From Lama guanicoe (Eukaryota), in NCBI GenBank assembly GCA_013239625.1, contig MU054212.1, positions 8,517,084 through 8,581,083 on the forward strand: a DNA stretch of 64,000 nucleotides, given 5' to 3'. The notes beneath the pieces are model-generated. The model did not search any database, was not told the origin of the DNA, and worked only from the letters and a program-made list of their open reading frames with translations. Positions 50,590 through 62,730 of the stretch are shown in pieces. Each line of letters starts with the position of its first letter. Position 1 is the stretch's first letter. The position numbers and the translations under genes were made by a program.

Positions 50590-51027
50590 GGAATACTACT
50601 CAGCTATAAAAAAGAATAAACTTTTGCCATTTGCAACAACACAGATGAACCTGGGAGGGTATCGTGCTTAGTGCAATAAGTCAGACAGAAAAAGACAAAT
50701 ACTGTATTTTATCACTTATATGTGGAATCTAAAAAATAAAACAAACAAATGAATATAACAGAAACAGACTCACAGATATAGAGAACAAACTAGTGGTTAC
50801 CAGTAGGGGAGGAAGGAGGAGAGAGGCAAGATAGGGATAGGGGATTAAGAGGTATAAAGTACTGCGTATCAAATAGATAAGCTGCAAGGATATATTGCAC
50901 AGTTCAGGGGATACAGCCAATATTTTATAACTTTCAATGGAGTATAAGCTATGAAATTTTTGAATCACTATGTTTTACACTGGAAACTAATACAGTATTG
51001 TAAGTCAACTATATAATTTAATTAAAA
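48841..51027 (+). mobile_element. L1 5'UTR plus ORF1 start fused directly to L1 3' end
   Basis: gaccctgagctcacctcctcccatgggcacaccaaaattac 5' end; ORF1 ATG 50288; jump at ~50370 to atccaaagaaaatgaagacac/tacaatagccaagatatggaaacaacc; 3'UTR ends taagtcaactata. Confidence 0.85.
50471..50587. repeat. Compound (CA)n/(TA)n microsatellite inside L1 3' region
   Basis: Several CA runs with a short inverted tatgtgtgtata insert. Confidence 0.9.
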
Positions 51028-51329
51028 TGAAGTATATTAAATTTATCAAATGACATTTTAAATATTTGAAGGTATTTAAGTTTGTAAATGAAACAAACAT
51101 CATCCAAAAGCCCCTTAAAAAGACTGCTAAATGTTGGTAGACTTATAAATAGGAAAAGGAAAAGAAAAATTATAAGCCAAATCTTAAAACTTAAGAACTA
51201 GATTTTTATAAAATTTATAACTTCAATAAATTAATATTCCTTCAAAGAAATCCGTGGCAATTGTGCATCGTCTACAGAAAAGCCTATTATTTCCCTCTTC
51301 AGTGTTATTTTCAGCTTCTTTCCTTTTTG

Positions 51330-51705
51330 ATCATTACAATCCAGCCACCTTGGTCTTTCAGTTCCTCCAACAAACCAAGCTCTCTTTCACATGAGTGTGC
51401 CCTCATTTTCCTAAGAAGTCCTACATCCCAGCTGTCTTCCACTTATTACTCATGTCTTAGAATAAATGCCCCTTCCCTGGCCACCCAATTCCAAGTAGGT
51501 GTCCCTTTTACTCACTACCTCATCTTGTCCTTTGTAGCTCTTAACAAAATGTTTGATCACTTAACTATTTGGGGGTTTACTTATTTAATTCCTACCTTAC
51601 CACTAAATGATAAGCTATATAAACACCCAAACCATGATTCATTGATAGAATTCAGTGACAAGTACAGTGCTTGAAACATTGATAATATATATCTGTTGAA
51701 AGAGT
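51330..51705 (+). mobile_element. LINE-2 3' end
   Basis: tggtctttcagttcctccaacaaaccaagctc...gtacagtgcttgaaacat...atctgttgaa. Confidence 0.55.
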
Positions 51706-51904
51706 AAGCCAGTAATTTTTATTTATTTCTATTTTACTGTAATAAATAATATGGTTTGCAGAAAAAAATTATCTCATTAGCTGGCACAGTTTGATAAAGA
51801 ATCTGTAATTGTAAAAATAATGTAATGACATTTTTTTTAAACAAGAAAAAGTCTTGATAATCAAGTACTGCACTTTATACTTAGAAGAAGGTAAGACAGA
51901 ACGG

Positions 51905-52625
51905 GGACTCTGAGGGAGAATCTGTTTTGTGTCTCTCTCCTCAATTCCCTGGTTGTGGGCAATCCCTGGCTTGTAGATACATCACTCCAATGTCTGTCTT
52001 TTTCCTACACATGGTATTATAATCTCTGTCTGTATCTCTTATAAGGACACTAGTTATGTTGGACTTAGGGCCCACCTTAATCTAACTGGACCTCTTAACT
52101 AACTACACCTGCAAAGAAACAGTTATGGGTTGAACTGTGTCCATCCAAGGAAGATATGTTGAAGTCTAACCCTCAGTTCCTCAGAATATGAAATGATTTG
52201 GAAGTAGGATCTTTACAGAAGTAATCAAGTTACAATAAGGTCATTAGGGTGGGCCCTAATCCAATGACATGTCCTTTTAGAAATGGGAAATTTGAACACA
52301 CAGAGAGGCACACAGAGGGAGAGGATGATGAGAAGGCACAGAGAATATCATCTACAAGACAAGGAATGCCTCAGGCTAAGAGAAGCTGGGAGAGGAGCAT
52401 GGAACAAATTATCCCTTGCAGTCCTCAGAAGGAATCTACTCTGCCAACACCTTGACTTGGGTCTTCCAGCCTCTGAAATTTCAGAACAATAAATTTCTGG
52501 TATTTAAGCCACTCAGTATGTGGTACTTTGTTATGACAGCTCTGGGAAACTAACACAGACCTTATTTCAAAATTAGGTCCCATTCTGAAGTTCTGAGTAC
52601 ACACAAATTTGGGGGAAACATTGTT
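51905..52625 (-). mobile_element. MLT1 LTR (antisense) split by a second MLT1
   Basis: ctctgagggagaatctg...ttagggcccacc...cctgcaaaga | insert | gaccttatttcaaaattaggtcccattctgaagttctg. Confidence 0.75.
52122..52557 (+). mobile_element. Full-length MLT1B/C-like solo LTR
   Basis: gttatgggttgaactgtgtcc...ggtcattagggtgggccctaatcca...aataaatttctg...ggaaactaacaca. Confidence 0.85.
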
Positions 52626-54751
52626 TAAATCAGCACATCCACCAAACATTTAAAGAAGGATTAACACCAATTCTTCACAAACTCTCCCATTAAAAAAAAA
52701 GGAAACAACACCTCAATTCATTCTATGGGACTAGCGTTACCCTGATATGAAAGCCAGACAAAGATATCGCAAGAAAAGGAAAGGAAAAAAGACCTAAAGA
52801 CCCATATCCCTGATGATTATAGATGAAATATCTTCAACAAAATACTAGTAAACCAAACCCTGCAGCATATTGAAAGAATTAAACACCATGATAAAGTGGG
52901 ATTTATCCTATGAATGCAAGGTTGGTTCAACATATGAAACTGATATAATACACTGTATTTAATAGGATAAATGACAAAACCGACATGATCATTTCAATAG
53001 ATTCAGTAAAGGCATCTGATAAATCCAACACCCTTTTGTGATAAAAATACTCAACAAACTGGGAATAGAAGGGAACTTTATCTAACAAAGGGCCTCTATG
53101 AAAAATCCACAGGTAACATGATATTTAATGGTAAAAGACTGGATACTTTCCCCCTGAGATCAGGAGAACAAACAACAAAGATGTTCACTCTTGCTATGTC
53201 TATTCCCCATTGCACGGGAGGTTCTAGCCAAGGCATTAAAGCAAGAAAAAGCATCCAGACTGAAAGGGAAGAAATAAAACCATCTCTATATGCAGATGAT
53301 ATCATCTTGTATATAGAACATTCTAAGGAGTCCACCAAAAACATTAGAAATAATAAATGAGCTCACCAAGGTTGCAAGATACAAGATCAATACTCAAAAA
53401 CCAGTTGTATTTTGATGCCCTAGCAATAAACAATGCAAAAATAAAATTAAGAAAACAATTCATTTAAAAATAGTATCATAAAGAAATAAATACTCAGAAA
53501 TAAATTCAACAAAAACGTGCAAGACTTATTATTGAAAATTTAGAAATTAAGTAGGACCTAAAAAAAAAAATCACATGTTGGTGAATCAATAAGACTTAAA
53601 ATTGTTAAAATTTTCTATTATATATATTCATATATTGATACTTTAAATTCATATATCCAGAATATGAAAAGCTCTTACAACTCAACAATAAAAAAGACAA
53701 CTAATCCAATTAAATAATGGGCAAAGGATTTGAATAGACATTGCTCCAAAGAAGATACACAAATGGCCAATAAGAATGGTAATGGTAATATTTCCCAAAT
53801 TGAGCTACAATTTCAGTGAATCATAATAGAGCTACAGACCAAAATCCCTGATGAATATTGATGCAAAAATTCTTAACAAAATATAAGCAACCAGAATTCA
53901 ACAGAACTTTTTAAAGGATTATATGCCATGACCAAGTGAGATTTATTCCTGGAATGCTAGAATGGCTCCATCTATTAAAATCAATTAATGCGATACACTG
54001 CATTAACAGAATGAAGGGTGAGAACCACGTGATTATCTCAACGGATGCAGAAAAGCATATGACAAGATTGAGCATCCTTTCATGATAAAAAAATTTAACA
54101 AACTAAAAATAGAAATTATTGCAACATAATAAAGACCGTATATGAAAAGCCCACAGCTGTCACCATACTCAAGGGTGAAAGACCAAAAATGCTTCCTCTA
54201 AGATCAGGAACAAGGCGAGTTTACAGGTTCTTCTCTTTTTTCAGTGCTGGAAGTCCTAGTGAGAGCACGTACACACTTAGACCTAAAGATGTAGAACTCC
54301 TAGAAGGAAACAAAGGGGAAAGGCTTCACAACGTTGGACTTGGCAGCGATTTCTTGGATGTGGCACCAAAAGCACAAGCAACAACAACAACAAAAAACAC
54401 AGACAAATAAGGCTACATTAAACTTAAAAATTTTTGTGGGTCAAAGGACAATATCAAAAGAGCGAAAGGCAAACTATGGAACAGGAGAAAATATTTGCAA
54501 AGCACATCTGAAAAAGGGGGTTGATATCCAGAATATATAGAGAAATCCTACAAATTAATAAAAAAAAAACAACCTAACTAAAAAATGGTTGTTTTAAAAA
54601 ATTTAATAGATATTTCTCCAAAGATGGTACACAAATGGCCAACAAGCATATGAAAAGATGCTCAGCATCACTAATCAGCAGGGAGTGCACATCAAAACCA
54701 CACTGACATCACCTCACGTCCATTAGTATGGGCAATATCAAAAAGACAGAA

Positions 54752-54946
54752 CATATGTACATTCCAAGGTACCACTTGGACTCTCTACACATCGAACCCT
54801 GTTATCTCTACTTCTTTTGTAGCACGTACAGTGACCACCAAATAGAGCTTTGCCCAGAAGTTTTGCCCATGGCTGATGTTCAGTAAATATTTGTCAGATG
54901 AATGAATTAATAAAAGGGAAAAGAAAAACCCTTAGCATAAAAAAAA
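54752..54946 (+). pseudogene. Putative retroposed 3' fragment of an unidentified polyadenylated RNA
   Basis: Non-L1 ~190 bp interrupting an L1; AATAAA 54909-54914, A-tail from 54939, TSD-like aaaaagacagaa / aaaaagaaaaagaa. Confidence 0.55.
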
Positions 54947-55247
54947 GAAAAAGAAAATAAGTGTTGGCAGGGGTGTGGAGAAGTTGGAACTTGTGCATTG
55001 TTAGTGGGATTATAAAATTGTGCAACTATTATGGAAAACAGTATGGAGATTCCTCAAAAATTAAAAAAAAAATTAAAAACAGAACTACCATATGATCCAG
55101 CAACCCCATTTATGGGTATATATCCAAATGAACTGAAAGAAGGATCTCCAAGGGATATTTGCACACCCATGTTTATAGCGGCACTATTCACAATAGCCAC
55201 GAGGTAGAAGCAACACAAATGTCCACGGACTGATAAACAAAATGTGA

Positions 55248-55280
55248 TACACACACACACATATATACACACACACACAT
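55248..55280. repeat. (CA)n/(TA)n microsatellite
   Basis: tacacacacacacatatatacacacacacacat. Confidence 0.85.
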
Positions 55281-57084
55281 ATCACACAATGGATTATTAC
55301 TCAGCCTTAAAAGGAAGGAAATCCTGACACATGCTACAACATGGATGAACCTTGAGGACATTCTGCTAAGTGAAATATGCCAGCAACAGAAAGACAAACA
55401 TCCTGTTTTCACTTGTATATCTGAAGTAGTCACATTCACTGAAATAGAAAATAGAATTGTGGTTTCCAGGGGCTGGGGGGAGAAGGGGGAAGGGGAGTTG
55501 CTGTGTGTGGGTATTTTCACAACAACGTGAACATACTTAATATTACTGTACAGTTAAAATGGTAAATTTTTTGTGTGTTTTACCACACATCCAAAAAGGA
55601 ATGTACCAAATCCTGGTGAGGATATAGAGTGACAGGAACTCTCGTGCACGGCTGGTGGGAATGTGAAATGATACAGCCACTTTGGAAGACAGTTTGGCAG
55701 TTTCTTATAAAAGTAAACATATTCTTATGACACCATTCAGCAACCATTCTCCTTTGATATTTACCCAAAGGATTTGAAAACTTTTGACCACATAAAAACC
55801 TCCACACAGATGTTTACAGTAGCTCTATTCATAATTGCCAAACTTTGGAAGCAACCAAAGTGAATGGATAAACTGTGATACATTCAGATGATGGAACGTT
55901 ATTCAGCCCTTAAAAAAAAAGAGAAAGCTATCAAGTCACAAGACATGGAGGAAACTTAAATGCATACTACTAGGTGCAAAGAGCCAATCTGAAAAAGCTA
56001 CCTCCTGTAAGAGTCCAACTTTATGACATTCTGGAAAATCAAAATAATGGAGACAATAAAAAGATCAGTAGTTGCCAGGAGGGAAAGGGGAGAGGAATAA
56101 ATAGAGCACAGAAAATTCTTAGGGCAGTGGAAACGCTCTGTATGATACCATAATGATGGATGCATGTCCTTATACATTTGTCCTAACCCGCGGGGTGTAC
56201 ACCACCAACAGTGAGCCCTAAGGGAAACTGCGGCCTTTGATTCTGGCTTGTCAATGTAGGTTCCCCCTTGATAACAACCGTCCCACCCTGCTGAGTGACG
56301 CTGGTAATGGTGGAGGCTGTGCAGGGCTGGGGGGAAGTGGGGTATGTGCGAAATCTCTCTACCTCCCTCTCAATTTTGTTGTGAACCTAAAAACGGCTCT
56401 TTAAAAAGTCTTAAAAAAAAAAAAGGAATGAAGTACTTACTAATGCCTGCTACAGGGCACGCTGCAACTTGAAAATGTGCCGCATGAAAGAAGCCAGACA
56501 CACTAGAACCTTTATTTTATGATTCCATTTATGTGAAATGTTCAGATTAGGCATTAGGCATAGAGACAGAAAACAGATTAGTGGTTGGCAAGGCCTTGGG
56601 GAAGAGGGAATGAGGGATGACTGGAAATGGGTATGGGTTTATTCTGAGATTATAAAAATGTTCTGGAGTTGGATAGTGGATATGACATACAACTTGGTGT
56701 GTATACTAAACCCACTGAACTGCATGCCTTAAAAAGTAAATAAACAAAAACTGTAAATAAACAAAAAGTAAATAAACAAAAAAAATTGAAGGTAAAATAG
56801 ACATTTTCATATAAATGAAACCTGAGAGCCTGTTGCCAACTGTCCTGCGTTGTAAGAAATGCTAAAAAGTTCTTCATACTGAAATGGTAGCAGATAGACA
56901 TTCAGATCTGCAAAAAGGAACAAAGAGCCATAGTAATGATAAATACATCCAGCAGCAACAAAACCATAAAATAGGAATAAATTTAATGAAATACATTCAA
57001 GACATTTATACTGACAATTACAAAGTACAACTAAGACCTCCCAAAATGGAGAGACAGTCCATGTTTATTAATGGAAAGACTCCA

Positions 57085-57455
57085 TGCTTCCAGCTCCAAG
57101 TAACATAAACCCCTTACTCAAGGGCCTTAAAAACAAGATGTATCATCTCACACAGCGGAGGTCCAGAGGGAAGCTCTACTGTAGTTCTCTGGCCTACCTT
57201 CCTGTTCTCCTTGGTAGCCTCATCCCCTGGTTGGGGCCAAGGTGGCTGCAGCAGCTCCAGGCATCACGACTGGAGATCATATTCAGAGGGAGAAAGGCCA
57301 TCTCTTCTTAGTGCCAAAAAAAACCCTTTTCTAGAACCTCACCCTCACCAGCATGTCTCTCACAGCTCATCGCCTGGCTTGGGACACTTACCCATTACCC
57401 AGCAGTCACTGAGGTGGGGGATGAGAATGCATTGAGGGGTTTACACTAATCCTTT
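57085..57455. mobile_element. Old MLT1 (J/K/L-like) LTR
   Basis: cagctccaagtaacataaaccc...ggtggctgcagcagctccaggcatcac...cccattacccagcagtcactg. Confidence 0.6.
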
Positions 57456-58244
57456 AGGGTGCAATGGGTGTTAAGAAAGCCACCCCAACCACCATCCCCA
57501 GAACACTGCTCACCCTGCCACCCAACACTCTCTTTATCAAGATCTGCACTCATACCTCCCTCCAGTCTCTCTCCCTGAACAGCTGTGAGCGCTCGCTCTG
57601 TGATGCTGCACGAACACAGATGGTGTCCCCTCTGTCCCAGTCACCAAGCAGCCTGAAGCGTCATTTGTGATCGTCCTCCAGCCACCACAGGACCCTTGGT
57701 AGGAACTGGGGTGGGGGGGGGACACTACTTTGCCTTCATCTGCTTTCCCTACCTTTATTTCCCCCTTTTTCATATTTCCTCATTTCTATTTCTGCAGACA
57801 CTTAAAACCCTCATTGTCCACACGGAAGAGTCAGTTTGTTCAGCAAAGGTTCACCAAGAAGGGAAGAGCCCCTGCCCGTTAGGAGGCGCTGACTTAGCCA
57901 CAACGGCCGGGGCTACCGAGTGGATGGCCCCAACCATCTCTGAAAGCCCGTGGGCAGTGCTGCTTGTTTGAGCTAAGTAAGGAGCTCACAGCAAAAGAAT
58001 CACATGAAAGCATGTATCGAACGCAGTGAGGAAGCATCTATTTATCTCCCCAAATGCCAACTGCATCCAGGATTTCCCAGTGGACTTGCACCAGGGTAGA
58101 GGGACTTCAGGAATCCACTCAGTCAGCAAACAGTGTGCAACCAATTTACTGAGGCGCCTTCACCTGAAATGGTTTTGCTTATTCCCTTCGCATCTTCTTG
58201 GAGGCCTCCTCCATTCGGAGGCAGTTCACTTAAGAAGACCTTGA

Positions 58245-58560
58245 TCCAAACAGAAACAGACTCACAGACATAGAAAACAAACTTATGGTTACCAGAGGGG
58301 GAAAGGGGTGGGTGGAGGGATAAACTGGGAGCTTGGGTTTAGCAGATACAAACTACTATATATACAGCAGATGAACAACAAGGTCCTACTGTACAGCACA
58401 GGGAACTGTATTCAGTTCCTTGTAATGGCCTATAATGAAAGAGAATATGGAAAGGAATATATAGATATGTTTGAATCACTATGCTGTACACCAGAAATTA
58501 ACACAACGTTGTAAACCAGGTATGCTTCATTAAAAACAAACAAACAAACAAACAAAAAAC
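58245..58560 (+). mobile_element. 5'-truncated artiodactyl-type L1 3' end with (AAAC)n tail
   Basis: aaacagactcacagacatagaaaacaaacttatggttacc...aacaaggtcctactgtacagcacagggaac; flanks aagaagaccttg / aaaaaaccttg. Confidence 0.88.
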
Positions 58561-59249
58561 CTTGGCTCAGTTTCACTTTTCAGCCACCTCCATTTGCCCC
58601 CTTCTGACAGTCCTGGGCTGGAGTCAGCGCTCACTCCTTGCTGTCGTCCTCCCCATACTGTTTTGGGGGAGGCAGCGTGGGTGGGGGATCCCCTGATCAA
58701 ATTCACCTTGTTCCCCCTGCACCTCCCCTCAAGTGTTGAGGGGGAGGGGAATGGCCTCTGAAGCCAGCTCCCAGGTGGTGGGTTCCTTTGCCATCTTGCT
58801 CCTTCACTCTTAGGAACTAGGGACCCCTCCCCAGGCAACACTCCCCACACACTCTCTCTCTGCTGCCCGGTGGTGGAGGGAACCCCAGCAAGCCCACCAC
58901 CGAAGCAGACGAGCAGGGTGCGCAGGGCCAGGCTCCCCTCCAGGCAGGCACCCCATTCTCCCCAAGAGGGACACACTCGGGACGGGGAGAGGCTGACGTT
59001 CCTCAAAACTGCCCCCGCCCCCATTAGCCTGTGTGGAGGGGCCGCCCTGATGGATTCAGCTCCTGTCTCAATAGTCTGGGAAGAATCCTGACTTCCTGTC
59101 CTCGGCTTTGGGCCTTTGCCAGATTTCAAGACAGCGGGCAATACTGTACAGCACATCCTGCAGGGAGAGGGGAGAGGGAGAGGCCACAGTCGCTTCATCA
59201 CTGTGCCATTTGAATGGCCAAAGGGAGAGGGCCAGCTGTGAAAGGAGAC

Positions 59250-59400
59250 AGTGGCACTGCAGGAAGAGCACAGGCTTTGAAGTAGAAAATCACAGGTTCA
59301 AATCCAAAGCGGGCCATTTATCAGCTGAGGGACCTTTGGCAAGGCCCTTCATCTCTTGGGGCCTCTGTCTGGTCATCTCTAAAATGCCTGCCTCATGTCA
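59250..59400 (+). mobile_element. MIR SINE remnant
   Basis: gaagagcacaggctttgaagtag...ggttcaaatcc...catctctaaaatg. Confidence 0.65.
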
Positions 59401-60289
59401 GGGGGGTATGACACCCTGACAGAGAGGGCCTGCACAGAGGAGTTTTCCCTCCGCCTCTCTCATCATTTGCTTCCGTAGGGCTGGTGCCCATGGTGGGGGC
59501 AGTGGCACCTAGCTGTGCGCCAGGCCAGCCCAGGGGCCCTGTGTGCTGGGCAGCTGGAAGAGGATCCAGTCCTCTCATCCAGACCAACACACGACTTGAT
59601 CTGACTCTAGCAAAGAAACATTTACAACTGCAAAAAGTGAAAAGAAACCAGACAGTATTTATTTCTCAGCACGGCCGCTGTTACTCGGCCCAGACCGCCT
59701 GACTCCTTCCTGCACCCTGAGTGCGCAGCCGTCCGGGGAAGGCGGACCCACGGTCCACAGGCAGCTTTGGGGATCAAGAGCTAAACAGGGGACCAAAAGG
59801 GAGGAAAGCAAAGTCCCAGCCAATCAATCACCCTCATGACTGCAGACTCAAATTCCTAGACACTGCGTAGACGGGGAATTCAACATTACAGTAAAAGAAC
59901 AATGCACTTCAGCTAAGTTGGGATCGTCTCAACATTTATCTAAGGTTTAACAGAAAATCTATGAATGTACTAGACCAGTAGATATTTGATAAAGTATTAC
60001 CAGTAGACACTTGTTGCAAAAGTATGTTTAACATGTTTTCTTTTTTTTAAGTTCTCTTGTATTTTAACTTATATTTTTTCAAACCAAGATGCAAATTATA
60101 TTTAACGATAAAAACCCTACAGACTGTTATTCAAATCAAACAAAAGAAGGATGCCTGACATCATCGTTACCACTAAACAATTTTCAGGAAGTTCTGGTAC
60201 TACATTAGGACATGAAACACAAAGGAGGCAAAAAAAAAGTTATCGAGAAAAATTTCTTCTCATTACTTGCAGATGATCGTCACTTATTT

Positions 60290-60720
60290 GTTTCTTAATT
60301 CACCAAATATACACTGAGCCTCCGCTATGTCCCACACCATTCTAGGACTCAGAATGCCAAAGTCCCTGCCTTCATGGAGCTGACAAGAGGAGGGAGGGTG
60401 GAGAGAGATGAAAAACAAGTGAAGCAAAATAAACAATGTGCCTTGAAGAAGACTAAACAGTTGACACAGTGACAGGGCGGAAGAAGCCGTATATAGCAGG
60501 TGGACAGCCTACCTAGGAAGGAATAGGTGACCAGAGCCTGAAAGGTACGAGAGAGAAGCCACGGGGCAAGTGGGTGATGTTCCAGGTTGGGGACCAGCGA
60601 GGACACAGGCCCTGGGACAGCAACAAGATCAGCAAGTTAACAGACTAGCAGGGCAGTGTGGACAGAGAACAGCTGAGCAAAGGGAAAGGGCCCAAGACAC
60701 AGCCAAAAGCAGGCAATCGG
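60290..60720 (-). mobile_element. LINE-2 3' end (antisense)
   Basis: attcaccaaatatacactgagcctccgctatgtcc...aaagtccctgccttcatggagctgaca. Confidence 0.7.
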
Positions 60721-60741
60721 GGGGATAATTGCGGGGATAAT

Positions 60742-60895
60742 TGTGGGCAGAATGGCTCCCAAAGATGGCCGTGTCCTCATCCCTGGAAACTGTATGTTAG
60801 GTTACTTTGCAAAGGAGAATTAAGTCTGCAGATGGATGTAAGCTTGCTAATCAGCTGACCCTGAGATGGGGAAATTATCCTACATTATCAGGGTG
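60742..60895 (+). mobile_element. MLT1D-like LTR 5' fragment
   Basis: tgtgggcagaatggctcccaaagatg...atccctggaaactgt...ccctgagatggggaaattatcc. Confidence 0.65.
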
Positions 60896-60899
60896 GTGT

Positions 60900-61175
60900 C
60901 ATTTATTTGTAGCACCAAATAATATTCCATCATCTGGACGTACCACATTTTATGTATCCATTCACCTACTAAAGGGCATCTTTGTTGCTTGCAAGTTTTG
61001 GCAATTATGAATAAAGCTGCTACAAACACCTGTGGGTGGACTTTTGTGGACATGAGTTTTCAACTCTTGGCGTAAATACTAACTGCTAGGTGGTGTGATA
61101 AGAGGATGTTTAAGTTTATGAGAAACTGCCAGACTGTCTTCCATTTTGCATTTCCACCAACAACGTATGAGTAGT
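60900..61175 (-). mobile_element. L1 fragment (antisense)
   Basis: aataatattccatc...taccacattttatgtatccattcacc...ttttgcatttccaccaacaacgtatgag. Confidence 0.8.
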
Positions 61176-62391
61176 GAAGGTGGGAGTGTATCAGTGAGAG
61201 GATCATGTTTCGAGGTGACACAGCCCCAAAGGGCAAGTAGGCACCTAACACTGAGATTAATTATTCGAGTGGGATGAGGTCTATAGGCAAACAACAATTA
61301 TTATAATAATAATTATACTTATTTATATAGTATAACCTTAATTATAAACATAGACTATTACAAATTACACATCTATGTAAAAAGTAAACAAACATGTAAG
61401 CAATTTTTAAAAGAACAATAGAATCATTATCCAATCTGAACAATAGAGAAAAAAATAGGTTAAAAAAATAACAACACACTCTTACAGACCTGTGGGACAA
61501 AACAACAGATCAAATATTTCTGTCACTGGAGTCTCAGAAGGAGATGAGAAAAAGTACGGGACTGAAAAGGTATTCAAACAAATTATAGCTGAAAATGTCC
61601 CAAATTTGACAAAAGATATGTCTACAGATTTAAGAAGCTGAGCAAATCTCCAACAGGATAAGCCCAAAGAAAGCCAAATCAAAACATCATAATACAAATT
61701 CTGCAAACTAAAGACAAAAAAAAAATTCTTTATCAATGAGAGAAAAATGACACCTTACCCATAAAGGAAAAGTAATTCAAGTGACAGTGGATATCTCACC
61801 AGAGATCATAGAGGCCAGAGGAAGCTGTACAAGATTTTTCAAGTGCTAAAAGAACTGTCCACATGTCTATACCCAGTGAAAATATCCTTTAGGAATGAAG
61901 GGTAAATTAAGACAATCTCAGATGAAGAAAAACTAAGAGAATCTGTTTCCAGGAGAACTACTCTAAAATAATGGCTAAAGGGAGGACTTAAAACAGAAAG
62001 TAAATGATAAAAGAAGGAATCTTAATCCCTACCTTATATCACATACAAAAATTAGCTTAAAAAGATCAAAGTCCTAAATTTAAGAGCTAACGATATGAAA
62101 CTCAGAAGAAAACACAGGAGTAAATCTTTGTAACCTTGGATTTGGCAGTGGTTTCTTAAATATGACACCAAAAGCGTAAAAACCAAAGGAAAAAAATAGA
62201 TACATTGGATTTCATAAAAATTTGAAACTTTTATACTTCAAAAGATACCATCAAGAAAGTGAAAAGACAACGCACATAATGGGGAAAGATTTTCAAATTA
62301 CATATCTGACAATGGACTTGTATTTATAATATGTAAAGAACTCTTACAATTCAGTCATTAAAAAAGCAACAGTCAAAAATGGGCAAAGGAT

Positions 62392-62580
62392 AAACAACAA
62401 GTTCACACTGTATAGCACAGGGAACTTATTTAGTATCTTGTAGTAACTTATGGTGAAAAAGACTATGGAAAGGAATATATGAATGTTCATGTATGACTGA
62501 AGCATTATGCTGTACACCAGAAATTGAGACAACATTGTAAACTGACTATAATTCAATAAAAAATATATATATACACATTT
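62392..62580 (+). mobile_element. Short artiodactyl-type L1 3' tail inserted in L1MB-like element
   Basis: aaacaacaagttcacactgtatagcacagggaac...tgtaaactgactataattcaataaa. Confidence 0.85.
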
Positions 62581-62599
62581 AAAAAAATGGCAAAGAGTG

Positions 62600-62730
62600 A
62601 GGTCAGGGCATAATAGCTCAGTGATAGAGTGTGTGCTTGGTATTCACAAGGTCCTGGGTTCAATCCCCAATGCCTCTGTTAAGGGGAAGAATTTTTAAAT
62701 AACAATTAATAATAAATAAAATAAAAACTT
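62600..62730 (+). mobile_element. tRNA-derived SINE, Vic-1-like (camelid)
   Basis: A-box-like tagctcagtgatagag (62614), gtgtgcttggtattcacaaggtcctgg, B-box GGTTCAATCCC (62657-62667), A-rich tail. Confidence 0.75.

Larger units (their letters stand above)
52635..57080 (+). mobile_element. Stack of nested or adjacent sense L1 fragments (ORF2 and 3'UTRs of several ages)
   Basis: RT motifs (FPLRSG, SLYADDIILYIE), repeated 3'UTR signatures and several A-rich tails (56410, 56735). Confidence 0.85.

Noticed and set aside
58530..59201. Longest ORF in the track (223 aa, minus strand)
   Set aside because: No recognisable domain, GC-rich composition, and it ends in the (AAAC)n L1 tail (FFVCLFVCF); chance ORF.
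60720..60748. Direct repeat ggggataattg x2 (similar short duplications at ~8018, ~8101, ~29449, ~59973)
   Set aside because: Ordinary short slippage duplications with no further structure.
62600..62680. Functional tRNA gene
   Set aside because: Degenerate A-box and stems, A-rich tail and target duplication indicate a tRNA-derived SINE.
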